Shown: one piece after another, positions 11,401 to 23,878 of the stretch
Position numbering within the stretch: position 1 is the first letter of the stretch
Layout of the letters: each line of letters begins with the position of its first letter
Origin: Antedon mediterranea
Taxonomy: Eukaryota; Animalia; Echinodermata
Assembly: GCF_964355755.1 (NCBI RefSeq)
Contig: NC_092670.1
Location: 6,996,201-7,060,200, forward strand
DNA length: 64,000 nucleotides
Direction: 5' to 3'
Made by a program: the position numbers and the translations under genes
The notes under the pieces: model-generated
Databases searched by the model: none
What the model saw: the letters and a program-made list of their open reading frames with translations, nothing else
What the model was told of the DNA's origin: nothing

Positions 11401-14400
11401 GGAGTCATTCGAATCAAAACTGTGAGCGCTAGAGTGATGACAAACAAACAAACAAACAAACAAACAGGTCAACATACTTGGCCAATTTTCAATTTGGCCA
11501 AGTAACAAACAAACAAACACACACACAAACCAAACAGATCAACATACTTGGCCAATTTTCAATTTGGCCAAGTAACAAACATACAAACATACAAACTAGC
11601 CTTCGCGCATAGCGCGATACTTGGCCAAATCAAAATTGGCCTCCTAAACACACTTGACCGATTTTCACCAAAAGTGTGTGTCTTAATGCTGTTTGATTTA
11701 GGCTAATTTTACTACAATCCTGTGTATACGAGTTTTGTGTACAGGTTATGTAACCAGCCTTTCAACGAACAATAGCTTCAGTCGGCTAACAATAGAAAAG
11801 CAACGCGAAAAACACACGGGTGAATTTGAAAAGAAATAGGTTTTGTAAACTACTCGCATCAAAAAACATTTTTTTTTTAAATCTAATTAAGTTTTAAAAT
11901 TACAAATCACAAATTATAACTCTTGCCTTTTGTACAAAAATTGAGTTTTTTGGACAAGTAGTTCTCGAGAAAATACAATTTAAGTTTACTTGTTAATTTA
12001 AGACTGCTCACCGGCCTTTGATAATTCTGTCCTTTCTTTTAACACTAGCAGGTCTGAAAATAATTTTTAAAAGTGGTCCAGAATTAGGACCATGGTCCGG
12101 ATTTTAACCAAAATCGGGCAGTGTCGTCCTTGCACCAGGTGACATGTATGGTAGTAATTTGGAGTCATTCGAATCAAAATTGTGAGCGCTAGAGTGATGA
12201 CAAACAAACAAACACACACACACACACACACATCCACACACACACACACACACACACACAAACCGCACCAATCAACATACTTGGCCAATTTTCAATTTGG
12301 CCAAGTAACAAAGTGAATACTATACTTGGCAAAATTCTTTTTTGCCAAGTAACAAACTAGCCTTCGCGCATAGCGCGATACTTGGCCAAATCAAAATTGG
12401 CCTCCTGACATTGACCCAATTTTCACCAAAAGTGTGTGTCTTATGCTGTGTGATTTAGGCTAATTTCACTACAATCATGTGTATACGAGTTTGGTGTACA
12501 GGTTATGTAACCAGCCTTTCAACGAACAATAGCTTCAGTCGGCTAACAATAGAACAGCAACGTGAAAAACACACGGGTGAATTTGAAAAGAAATAGGTTT
12601 TGTAAATTACTCGCAAAACCTCTGTATTAAATCTAATTAAGTTTTAAAATTACAAATCACAAACTAGAATTTAATTCGTCACTTTGACGAATTATAGGTG
12701 ATCATTTTTATCATTTGAATGAAATTAACACTTTTTAAACATGCATGTACGTTAACATACGATCGTAAAAAGTTGATGTACTTCATCCTATGACATGACG
12801 CATACGCTTATAGTGCTGAGTTGTACCTATTACTGTATATGCCAAACACAATATGTATAGTATATACTGTATATCTATATACAGTGTAGCATAGGTGAAA
12901 TTACGGGAGACACATCATGTTCTATTTTTTTGGTATGATGGAATTATCAAAATAAACTCAAAGATGACAATTTCGAAAGATAATGAATTGAGCAAATAAA
13001 TATAAGAATTAGAAGAGAATCTGGCACGTAGAAGCGCTATGCGCGCTCTTTGAAATTTGTATAACTTTGACGAAAAAGATGAAAAAACTACTTTTTAACT
13101 TCATCTGGCCATATGTTAACGTCACAACATCCGATAGGCTTGGTTTTTATATGAATTCATATCTACATTTCATCAGCTTTCATAATAAATTATAAATATC
13201 AAGGTAACCTTCAATTCTGAAGAGCTGTAAGATATTCAAATTTATGGCGAAGGTGAAATTACACGACCTACGTTATTCAAGTTTTTACGCGTGATGTCGT
13301 AATCAAAATTAAAACACTGACAACTTATGAGAAAGATAAATAATTAAGCAAGCACACACTGAAATTTGTGCGAAAATCGAGCTCAAATAGAGGAGATGCG
13401 ATCTATTCAATGTGATAACCTACACAAAACGGAAAAAAATCCTAATTTTTAAATTCAAGTGGCCATTTGATGACGTAATACCATTTTGTACGTCTAATAT
13501 GTATATACATTTATATCTACAACTCATTGGCTTCCATAATGAGTTAAACAAATTGGGGGTCACCGTGCATTCTGAAGAATTATTTTCATTTTAAAAATGC
13601 CTTATTTTTTACCCTTTTTAGCACTTTTGTACAAATAATGTGCGCATTTTGTCATTTTTAACGTGCTCGTATAGCACTATTTTAAGTCGAAATGGACTCA
13701 AATTTGGTGGATGTACCAAGGAAGATGAGTAGAATGCAGTTTGTACAAAAACATTGTATTTGTTACGCTTTCTATGTACGCACGCGCAAAAACGTGTTTT
13801 TGCGCAGTAATTTTTAAAAACACGCAAATGGCCTAATTCATGCTCTAAATTGATCAAAACGTAATTTTGAGCTTTTTAAATTTTTAACGCGCGATTTCAC
13901 GCGCATGACCCTACGTGCGCGTGCGTATTTATTTGCTAATATTTTTACCCTTGACCTGAAGTTTACGTGTAGTGAATTTTATTAATATGTGATAATGAAT
14001 TATGGAGATATGATTGATAACGTGATTTCACAAAATGGCGTATAAATGACGTCACGGATGAGTGATCACGCTAAAAAGCTTATTAGGACTAAGTTACAGT
14101 ATTTGAAAGATGTTGTGAAATTTTTGTGATCATTGACATACAACTTTTTGAGATAATTGTTACACAAAATAGTGTACAGAAAGAATAAAGATTTCATACA
14201 ATAACAATAGGTGATCATTTAATTCTAAATGATCACCTAATTTTAACTCTTGCCTCTTGTACAAAAATGAAGTTTTTTGGACAAGTAGTTCTCGAGAAAA
14301 TGCAATTTTAGTTTACTTGTTAATTTAATTTAAGACTGCTCACCGGCTTTTGATAATTCTGTCGTATCTTTTAACACTAGCAGGTCTGAAAATAATTTTT

Positions 14401-17400
14401 TAAAGTGGTCCAGAATTTGGACCGTGGTCCGGATTTTACCCAGAATTGGACGGTGTCGTCCTTGCACCAGGTGACATGTATGGTAGTAATTTGGAGTCAT
14501 TCGAATCAAAACTGTGAGCGCTAGAGTGATGACAAACAAACAAACAAACAAACTAGCCTTCGCGCATAGCGCGATACTTGGCCAAATCAAAATTGGCCTC
14601 CTGATATTGACCCAATTTTCACCAAAAGTGTGTGTCTTATGCTGTTTGATTTAGGTTAATTTCACTACTATCATGTGTATACGAGTTTGGTGTACAGGTT
14701 ATGTAACCAGATTTCAACGAACAATAGCTTCAGTCGGCTAACAATAGAACAGCAACGCGAAAAACACACTGGTGAATTTGAAAAGATTTAGGTTTTGTAA
14801 ACTACTCGCATCAAAAAACCTCTATATTAAATCTAATTCAGTTTTAAAATTACAAATCACAAATTATAACTCTTGCCTCTTGTACAAAAATGAAGTTTTT
14901 TGGACAAGTAGTTCCCGAGAAAATGCAATTTTAGTTTACTTGTTAATTTAAGACTGCTCACCGGCTTTTGATAATTCTGTCCTATCTTTTAACACTAGCA
15001 GGTCTGAAATAATTTGTAAAAGTGGTCCAGAATTGGGACCGTGGTCCGGATTTTAACCAAAATTAGGCAGTGTCGTCCTTGCACCAGGTGACATGTTTGG
15101 TAGTAATTTGGAGTCATTCGAATCAAAATTGTGAGCGCTAGAGTGATGACAAACAAACAAACACACACACAAACCGCACCAATCAACATACTTGGCCAAT
15201 TTTCAATTTGGCCAAGTAACAAACTAGCCTTCGCGCATAGCACGATACTTGGCCAAATCAAAATTGGCCTCCTAAACAAACTTGACCTTGACCGATTTTA
15301 ACCCGATCAAAGTTCAGTATATGTCATAAACCTCCCATGTAACATGAAAATAGAGACATAATTTCTCTAGATTTAATTATAAATCAGCCGTATAATTTAT
15401 ATACTAAGAAATATACTTGAACAAACAATAAAAAAAAATCTGATTTCGTTTCATTTCCCAAGGTGAGACTCGATCTCGGTAACTTAAATGCTGTAGATAC
15501 CAGCACAGACCACCGAGCCATACACAACTGACTAACATTTGAAGAAAGATTCCTATGTGTATTTACCATTGTGAGCGATAGAGCGATGACAAACACACAC
15601 ACAAACCGAACAATAGAACAGCAACGCGAAAAACACACTGGTGAATTTGAAGAGAAATAGGTTTTGTAAACTACTCGCATCAAAAAACCTGTATATTAAA
15701 TCAATTTATGTTTTAAAATTACAAATCACCAATTATAACTCTTGCCTCTTGTACAAAAATGAAGTTTTTTGGAGAAGTAGTTCTCGAGAAAATGCAATTT
15801 TAGTTTACTTGTTAATTTAAGACTGCTCACCAGATTTTGATAATTCTGTCCTATCTTTTAACACTAGCAGGTCTGAACATAATTTTTAAAAGTGGTCCAG
15901 AATTGGGACCGTGGTCCAGATTTTAACCAAAATTGGGTAGTGTCGTCCTTGCACCAGGTGACATGTATGGTAGTAATTTGGAGTCATTGGAATCAAAACT
16001 GTGAGCGCTAGAGTGATGACAAACAAACAAACAAACAAACTAGCCTTCGCGCATAGCGCGATACTTGGCCAAATCAAAATTGGCCTCCTGACATTGACCC
16101 AATTTTCACCAAAAGTGTATGTCTTATGCTGTGTGATTTAAGCTAATTATACTACAATCCTGTGTATACGAGTTAGGTGTACAGGTTATGTAACCAGCCT
16201 TTCAACGAACAATAGCTTCAGTCGGCTAACAATAGAACAGCAACGCGAAAAACACACGGGTGAATTTGAAAAGAAATAGATTTTGTAAACTACTCGCATC
16301 AAAAAACCTCTACATTAAATCTAATTAAGTATTAAATTTACAAATCACAAAATATAACTCTTGCCTCTTGTACAAAAATGAAATTTTTTGGACGAGTAGT
16401 TCTCGAGAAAATGTAATTTAAGTTTACTTGTTAATTTAAGACTGCTCACCGGCTTTTGATAATTCTGTCCTATCTTTTAACACTAGCAGGTCTGAAAATA
16501 ATTTTTAAAAGTGGCCCAGAATTGGAACCATGGTCCAGATTTTAACCAAAATTGGGCGGTGTCGTCCTTGCACCAGGTGACATGTATGGTATTAATTTGG
16601 AGTCATTCGAATCAAAACTGTGAGCGCTAGAGTGATGACAAACAAACAAACAAACAAACAAACAAACAGATCAACATACTTGGCCAATTTTCAATTTGGC
16701 CAAGTAACAAACACACACACAAACCAAACAGATCAACATACTTGGCCAATTTTCAATTTGGCCAAGTAACAAACTAGCCTTCGCGCATAGCGCGATACTT
16801 GGCCAAATCAAAATTGGCCTCCTGACCATGACACGATTTTCGCCAAAAGTGTGTGTCTTATGCTGTGTGATTTAGGCTAATTTCACTACAATCATGTGTA
16901 TACGAGTTTGGTGTACAGGTTATGTAACCAGCCTTTCAACGAACAATAGCTTCAGTCGGCTAACAATAGAACAGCAACGCAAAAAACACACGGGTGAATT
17001 TGAAAAGAAATAGGTTTTGTAAACTACTCGCATCAAAAAACCTGTATATTAAATCAATTTATGTTTTAAAATTACAAATCACAAATTATAACTCTTGCCT
17101 CTTGTACAAAAATGAACTTTTTTGGACAAGTAGTTCCCGAGAAAATGCAATTTAAGTTTACTTGTTAATTTAAGACTGCTCACCGGCTTTTGATAATTTT
17201 GTCCTATCTTTTAACAATAGCAGGTCTGAAAATAATTTTTAAAAGTGGTCCAGAATTAGGACCGTGGTCTGGATTTTAACCAAAATTGGGCAGTGTCGTC
17301 CTTGCACCAGGTGACATGTATGGTAGTAATTTGGAGTCATTCGAATCAAAATTGTGAGCGCTAGAGTGATGACAAACAAACAAACAAACACACACACACA

Positions 17401-18236
17401 CACACTCACACAAACCGCACCAATCAACATACTTGGCCAATTTTCAATTTGGCCAAGTAACAAACAAACAAACAAACAAACACACACACAAACCGCACCA
17501 ATCAACATACTTGGCCAATTTTCAATTTGGCCAAGTAACAAACTAGCCTTCGCGCATAGCGCGATACTTGGCCAAATCAAAATTGGCCTCCTGACATTCA
17601 CCCAATTTTCACCAAAAGTGTGTGTCTTATGCTGTGTGATTTAGGCTAATTTCACTACAATCATGTATATACAAGTTTGGTGTACAGGTTATGTAACCAG
17701 CCTTTCAACGAACAAAAGCTTCAGTCGGTTAACAATAGAAAAGCAACGCGAAAAACACACGGGTGAATTTGAAAAGAAATAGGTTTTGTAAACTACTCGC
17801 ATCAAAAAACCTCTATATTAAATCTAATTCAGTTTTAAAATTACAAATCACAAATTATAACTCTTGCCTCTTTTACAAAAATGAAGTTTTTTGGAGAAGT
17901 AGTTCCCGAGAAAATGCAATTTAAGTTTACTTGTTAATTTAAGACTGCTTTTGATAATTCTGTCCTATCTTTTAACACTAGCAGGTCTGAAAATAATTTT
18001 TAAAAGTGGTCCAGAATTTGGACCGTAGTCCCGATTTTAACCAAAATTGGGCAGTGTCGTCCTTGCACCAGGTGACATATATGGTATTAATTTGGAGTCA
18101 TTCGAATCAAAATTTTGAGTGCTAAAGTGATGACAAACAAACAAACACACACACGCACCCACACATCCACACACACACACACAAAAACAAACCGCACCAA
18201 TCAACATACTTGGCCAGTTTTCAATTTGGCCAAGTC
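7928..18236 (-). mobile_element. Array 1b of HINE family 1 elements (interrupted by a family 2 element)
   Basis: Same termini and core as array 1a. CTAG-hairpin ends near 8534, 9148, 9953, 10841, 11595, 12356, 14533, 15222, 16039, 16773 and 17542. The last stem-loop end is at about 18207-18236. Confidence 0.85.
12663..14240 (-). mobile_element. Non-autonomous Helentron-type element, family 2 (about 1.58 kb), inserted in a family 1 core
   Basis: On + it starts ACTAG, hairpin AATTCGTCACTTTGACGAATT, subTIR TAGGTGATCATTT. It ends with the stem-loop TAGGTGATCATTTAATTCTAAATGATCACCTAA. It splits the host sequence CACAA|..TAACTCTTG with no TSD. Confidence 0.8.
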
Positions 18237-18747
18237 ACAAGCACCATACTATCGGTATTTTTTTAGATTAGTCAAAAGCATTTGACACCATTAATCATAA
18301 CATTATTATTTCAGAGGCCTTCCACTACTACTTTTAAAAGACTACTTATCATTTTGCTAACAATATACTTAATACACTAAACCAAATCTCAACTCTTGCA
18401 TGTTACCTGTGGGGTCAAGGGTCAATCATTGGCCCACTACTCTTTTTTCTCTAAAGGCAATACAAATCATAAATAATTCATTTAAAACAAAATACAAACA
18501 AATACTTATTTCAAACTATTTAAAACATTAGTATCTCACAATTGCCTTAAGACTGTTCTTTTTTTCCTTTTTTTGTGCCCCTTTATTTAATTTCATTTAT
18601 CAATTTTACGAAAGAAAGAAGTAGTTTTTTTTCTCCTCTCACTTATTATAAATAATTAAATATATATTTACTTACCTGGAGGACCAAACTTAAACTGTCA
18701 CTGGATAATAACTACTTTACTCTTTAATTTTTTGTTATATTTTTCAG

Positions 18748-19086
18748 AATGCATAACCAATATATATCTTGAGGATGCGAATGTTTTATATTCATTTTCG
18801 TCTCCAAATTATCCGAACAATTACTACAACAATTTAAATTGCGAATGGACAGTGTCCACCTCATCAGAGCTTGTCATTCTCCTTCAGTTCAACGACTTTC
18901 AACTAGAGTATGAATGGGATTATCTGTATGTTGGGTTTGAAGAAAATAGTTATGAGTATACTTTCACAGGTTTATCCACCATTCATTCTATAATTTCCGA
19001 AAACTCGACACTGTGGATACGTTTCTACACGGACTCTAGTGTGACATATAGAGGATTCCATGCAACAGTAACAGCTTTAACAAATG
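18748..19086 (+). CDS. Exon: CUB domain of the mosaic extracellular protein
   Basis: TTTTCAG acceptor, GTAATT donor, 339 bp, phase 1-1. SSPNYPNNYYNNLNCEW, FNDFQLE..DYL, FYTDSSVTYRGF. Confidence 0.92.
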
Positions 19087-19427
19087 GTAATTGTGTGTGT
19101 CTTACCTTATGTTATCGCTTTTAAAATGATCTTTATGTGGACCACAGACATGACATAAGCCTTCAACAACGTCCAAATAAAACCCAGTTATCATCCACAA
19201 AATAAATTACTCCCAATTACTTCCATTTAGCTTGGAATGCACTGTGATAATACTTATGTTCCATATTTTACATTATACCACAATTGTTCCACAAGGTAAG
19301 TTGTTGATTGCAAACACTATTGATGACAGGTTAAATGCTGATTTCGAGCCTAGTGAGTCGAACAAAAAATTGCGAACATTTGGATTTCTTAGATTTGCTT
19401 ATAATCAAAATCTCATTTTTTCTTTAG

Positions 19428-19571
19428 CTATCGGTAATATAAAAACTGATTTCCAGACTGGTTTGAATAGTTGGACTCAAGAATTGGAGGATAATTTTGA
19501 TTGGACAAGGAGGTATGGCTCTACGTCATCATCTAACACTGGACCGAGAAATGGTCATTCAGGATATGGAG
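19428..19571 (+). CDS. Exon: MAM domain, N-terminal part
   Basis: TTTAG acceptor, GTACGT donor, 144 bp. DFQTGLNSWTQ..DNFDWTR..GSTSSSNTGP..GHS. Confidence 0.9.
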
Positions 19572-19746
19572 GTACGTTATACGTATAAAATGTAGTTTAA
19601 AGTTTTTTACTAACTTTTATTCGTTACTGTCATAGGCCTAGACAGTGTTACCTTCTTAATTAGTATATATTTTTACTGCAAAATTTACCGATATATAAAG
19701 AATTACAATGTAAAATAATCACTTTTGTTTATTTCTACTTACACAG

Positions 19747-20076
19747 CTGATTATTATGTCTATATTGAAACATCACCAATCGGTTCTGGATTGACAGCTC
19801 GCATAAGAAGTCCATTGCTACCACAAAGTCAAAATCTAACTTTATCATTTTACTATCATATGTATGGAGATACTATTGGAACACTCAATGTTTATAGAAA
19901 ATCTAACGGGAATGATGAACTTTTATGGTCGAGATATGGTAACCAAGGAAATGTATGGCTTTATGGTGTAGTGCAATTATCGAATACTGGTTATGGCTAC
20001 ATCGTATTCGAAGGCATTTCGGGAAGTTCATTTACCGGTGACATTGCGATTGATGATATCTATATTAGTTATAATG
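19747..20076 (+). CDS. Exon: MAM domain, C-terminal part
   Basis: ACAG acceptor, GTATGT donor, 330 bp. YYVYIETS, ARIRSP, LSFYYHMYG..IGTLNV, GNQGNVW, GDIAIDDI. Confidence 0.92.
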
Positions 20077-20898
20077 GTATGTAATTTTTAATACAGAATA
20101 TATGTTTTATTGAAATTGTCGAAGATATGTCATTTGTATTAAAAAATGGTATTTAACTATCGACAAAGTATACTTTGAGGTATGCTGCCCTAATTTGGTT
20201 TAACTACATTTTTTTAGATTGAAATTGTTGTCTTATTTGACTCTTGAGGGTATACTCTCACTTGTATTGACCATTTATACCAAAATATGGCTTTAAAAAT
20301 GAAATGTAATAATTAATAATTTGGCTTATCTACAAACACCCATAGAAATAATCTGACAAAATCATAATGAAATATAGGCCTATAATGAAGCAGATTATGC
20401 ACTTTCATATATATTTTTATTTTTACAACTTGTTCAGCAAATTACCTAATCTAAATTACACTTTATTTCAACATTTAGATCAAAAAACAAACAAAATAAC
20501 TGCAAAAGTGCCACCCTGTTTTTTAAAGTATGTCGTGCCATTTCCAAGTACAAATAATTCGGGAAAAAGCCATTATCTGCAATTTGACCCCGCAAAATAA
20601 AAATAAAAATTGAAAAATATGTGAGCTATTTTTTTTAATGTAATGTATATACTCATTTGAAAATAAAATACAACTTGAACTGTTTGAAGAAAAAAACTCG
20701 CGTTGGTCAATTACCAATTAGAATTGTGTAGCTAAACCCTTTTCTTAAAGTAGTGCAGTATGCCATCCGTCATAAATACAACATATTCTTTTGAAATTGG
20801 ATTATGGATAATTTATAAGCGACAATGTTGTATTGGTCAGTAGTTTCCTTTTTCGGTAGATTAATTGTGATTAATCTAATTATAATATTTTTATTTAG

Positions 20899-21036
20899 GG
20901 CTGTGTGATTATGTATGCGATTTAACTGGATTGTGTGTAAATAGTAGTCGCATCTGTGATGGTATAAATGATTGTCAAAATGGAGACGACGAAAATAGAT
21001 GCGGAGCAACGCCATTTCCTACATCCTATCCAAACG
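20899..21036 (+). CDS. Exon: LDL-receptor class A domain (not in the ORF track)
   Basis: TTTAG acceptor, GTTTGT donor, 138 bp, phase 1-1. Hand translation: GLCDYVCDLTGLCVNSSRICDGINDCQNGDDENRCGATPFPTSYPN (6 Cys, CDGxxDCxxGxDE). Confidence 0.9.
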
Positions 21037-21219
21037 GTTTGTTATTTTAGTTTTAAAGGAGATATCCTATTCAGATACAATAGAAGATAAATATAGGAGA
21101 TAAAAATTTAAAAAAAAATAAATAAAAAATAAAATGCCATAGTCCATGGGCTGGAGGGGGTTACCGTGCTCCCCTCCCCCACAGATTGGTATCATTTTCT
21201 TTCCACGGACATATAGAGT

Positions 21220-23172
21220 GAAAAAATTGATGTTAACAAGAAAAATATAGGGATACATTGTATGTACTTGCGTCATTTGTAATGATCATCAGTGTTTTAT
21301 CTTCAAATATTTGTTGGGGTAGGGGGTAACATTTATCCTAATAACCCAAGAATCCAACATCTAATTAGTATTATCTTAGTAAAATTGTGTAGCATACATC
21401 TTTTAAAATCTTTTAAAATTTAAATAAAATTAATCGGAAGATTATTAAGGTCAGTAGAGGTCAAAAGGTCATTGACCTTTTGCAAAATGCAAATTTTTCC
21501 CAAAATATAGATATATTTCAATATCGTATCTACAATTTTCAATATTTTTTATCTTAATTGTGTTTTACTTGTGCTTACTGACATATTGAATAAGACAATA
21601 TATGTTAACAAGATAAAAATTGCAGTTCATTATATACAAATTGTTATTTTTTATTGTTAAAAATTGCAATAAAAATACATTTTTTGGGGTAGGGGTAACA
21701 ATAATAGCAATAACCCAAGAATCAAACATCTAATTAGTATGATCTTGGTGTCGTTGTGTAGCATTCATGTTTTTTAATCATATAACATTTAAATAAAATT
21801 AATCGAACCATTTTTAAAGTCAGTAGAGGTCAAAAGGTCACTGACCTTTTTGCAAAATTGCAAATATTTTCCATAATGAGATACATTTCAATATCAAATC
21901 TCTAATTTTCAATATTTTTTATTTTAATTGTGTTTTACTTGTGTTTACTGACATATTGAATAACAAAATATGTGTTAACATGAAAAAAATTGCAGTGCAT
22001 TAATACCATTGTCATGTAATTTTATTATTCTTCAAAATTGCAATAAAAAGACATTTTTGGGGTAGGGGGTAGCATTAATACCAATAACTCAAAAATCAAA
22101 CATCTAATTAGTAAGATCTTGGTATCGATGTGTAGCATATATGTTTTTGTAATCATGTAGAATTTAAATGAAATTAATCGAACGATTATTAAGGTCAATG
22201 GAGGTAAAAATATAAATATTTCAATATCAGATCTCCAATTTTCGATATGTTTTTATTTGAATTGTCTTTTACTTGTGCTTACTAACATATTGAATAAGAA
22301 AACGTGTGTTAAGATAAAAAATGTCAGTACATTGTATTTTTTTAATTGTTAACAATTGCAATAAAAAGACATTTTTGGGGTAGCGGTACTGAAATTTTTT
22401 GTCTTAACACAAATTTTCTATATTCAATATATTAGTAAGCACAAGTAAAAGACAATTCAAATAAAAAAATATCGCGAATTGGAGATCTGATTTGAAATAT
22501 ATCTCATTTTTCCAAAAAATTACATTTTTGCAAAAGGTCAGTGACCTTTTGACCTCTACTGACCTTAGTATCGTTCGATTAATTTCATTTATATTCTACA
22601 TGATTAAGAAAATATATGCTACACATCGATACCAAGATCATACTAATTAGATGTTTGATCCTTGGGTTATTGGTATTAATGCTACCCCCTACCCCAAAAA
22701 ATGTCTTTTTATTGCAATTTTGAAGAATAATAAAATTACATGACAATGGTATTAATGTACTGCAATTTTTTTCATGTTAACACACATTTTGTTATTCAAT
22801 GTCAGTAAACACAAGTCAAACACAATTAAAATAAAAAGTATTGAAAAAATTGGAGATTTGATATTGAAATGTATCTCATTATAGCAAATATTTGCAATTT
22901 TGCAAAATGTCAGTGACCTTTTTGACCTCTACTGACCTTAAACATGGTTCAATTAATTTTATTAAAATTTTATATGATTAAAAAACACGAATGCTACACA
23001 ACGACACCAAGATGATACTAATTAGAGGTTTGATTCTTGGGTTATTGCTATTATTGTTACCCCTACCCCAAAAAATGTATTTTTATTGCAATTTTTAACA
23101 ATAAAAAATAACAATTTGTATATAATGAACTGCAATTTTTATCTTGTTAACATATATTGTCTTATTCAATAT
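21220..23172. repeat. About 370-bp AT-rich tandem repeat folded into a long imperfect palindrome (arms about 21582-22330 and 22386-23172)
   Basis: Three direct units with GGGGTAGGGG...AGAGGTCAAAAGGTCA, then reverse-complement copies. 23130-23172 is the reverse complement of 21582-21625. Confidence 0.8.
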
Positions 23173-23424
23173 CTGTATTTTTTATATTTTAAAGTTTATG
23201 TGTGTCTTCAATTTTTATGTGATTTATGTAAATGGTTTGGAGTATTGGAGAGCCACTTTGATAGTGCTTGCACTGTTGGAAATCCAAAGGGTACTCCATC
23301 CACACTTCGTTTGTTAATGTTGTTGTCTGTATACCTGGAAATTGAATAAATAAAAATAAAATAAAATTGGCGGAGGTAAATAAGGAAGGACACGACACGC
23401 TGGTACTAAAAAACTAAGTATCAA

Positions 23425-23878
23425 CTAACAATAGATTCATTTGAATAACAATAGAACAGCAACGCTAAAAACAAACGGATGAATTTGAAAAGAAATAGGT
23501 TTTTTAAAACTACTCGTATGAAAAAACCTGTACATTGAATCAACTTTTGTTTTAAAATTACAAATTAAAAATTATAACCCTTGCCTCTTGTCCAAAAATG
23601 AGGTTTTTTGGACAAGTAGTTCTCGAGAAAATGTAATTTCAGTTTACTAGTTACTTTAAAACTGCTCACCGGCTTTTGAATATTGTCTCCTATCTTTTAA
23701 CACTAGCCGGTCTGAAAATAATATCGTTTTTGTTATTTGTGAAATTATTAATAAACCAATTTTGTTGATTTTCAATAGGCGTGGTCTGAAAGTATATACC
23801 TATCTACACCAAAAAATTCAGAATGATAACTTGAAAACTGTAGGCGCTATCGTGCTAACAAACAAACAGACACACAAA
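23425..23878 (-). mobile_element. Body of an older diverged HINE that hosts array 2
   Basis: Diverged family-1-like core (AACAATAGAACAGCAACGC...CTGAAAATAAT) followed by a different core end (...GGCGCTATCGTGCTAACAAACAAACAGACACACAAA). Confidence 0.6.
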
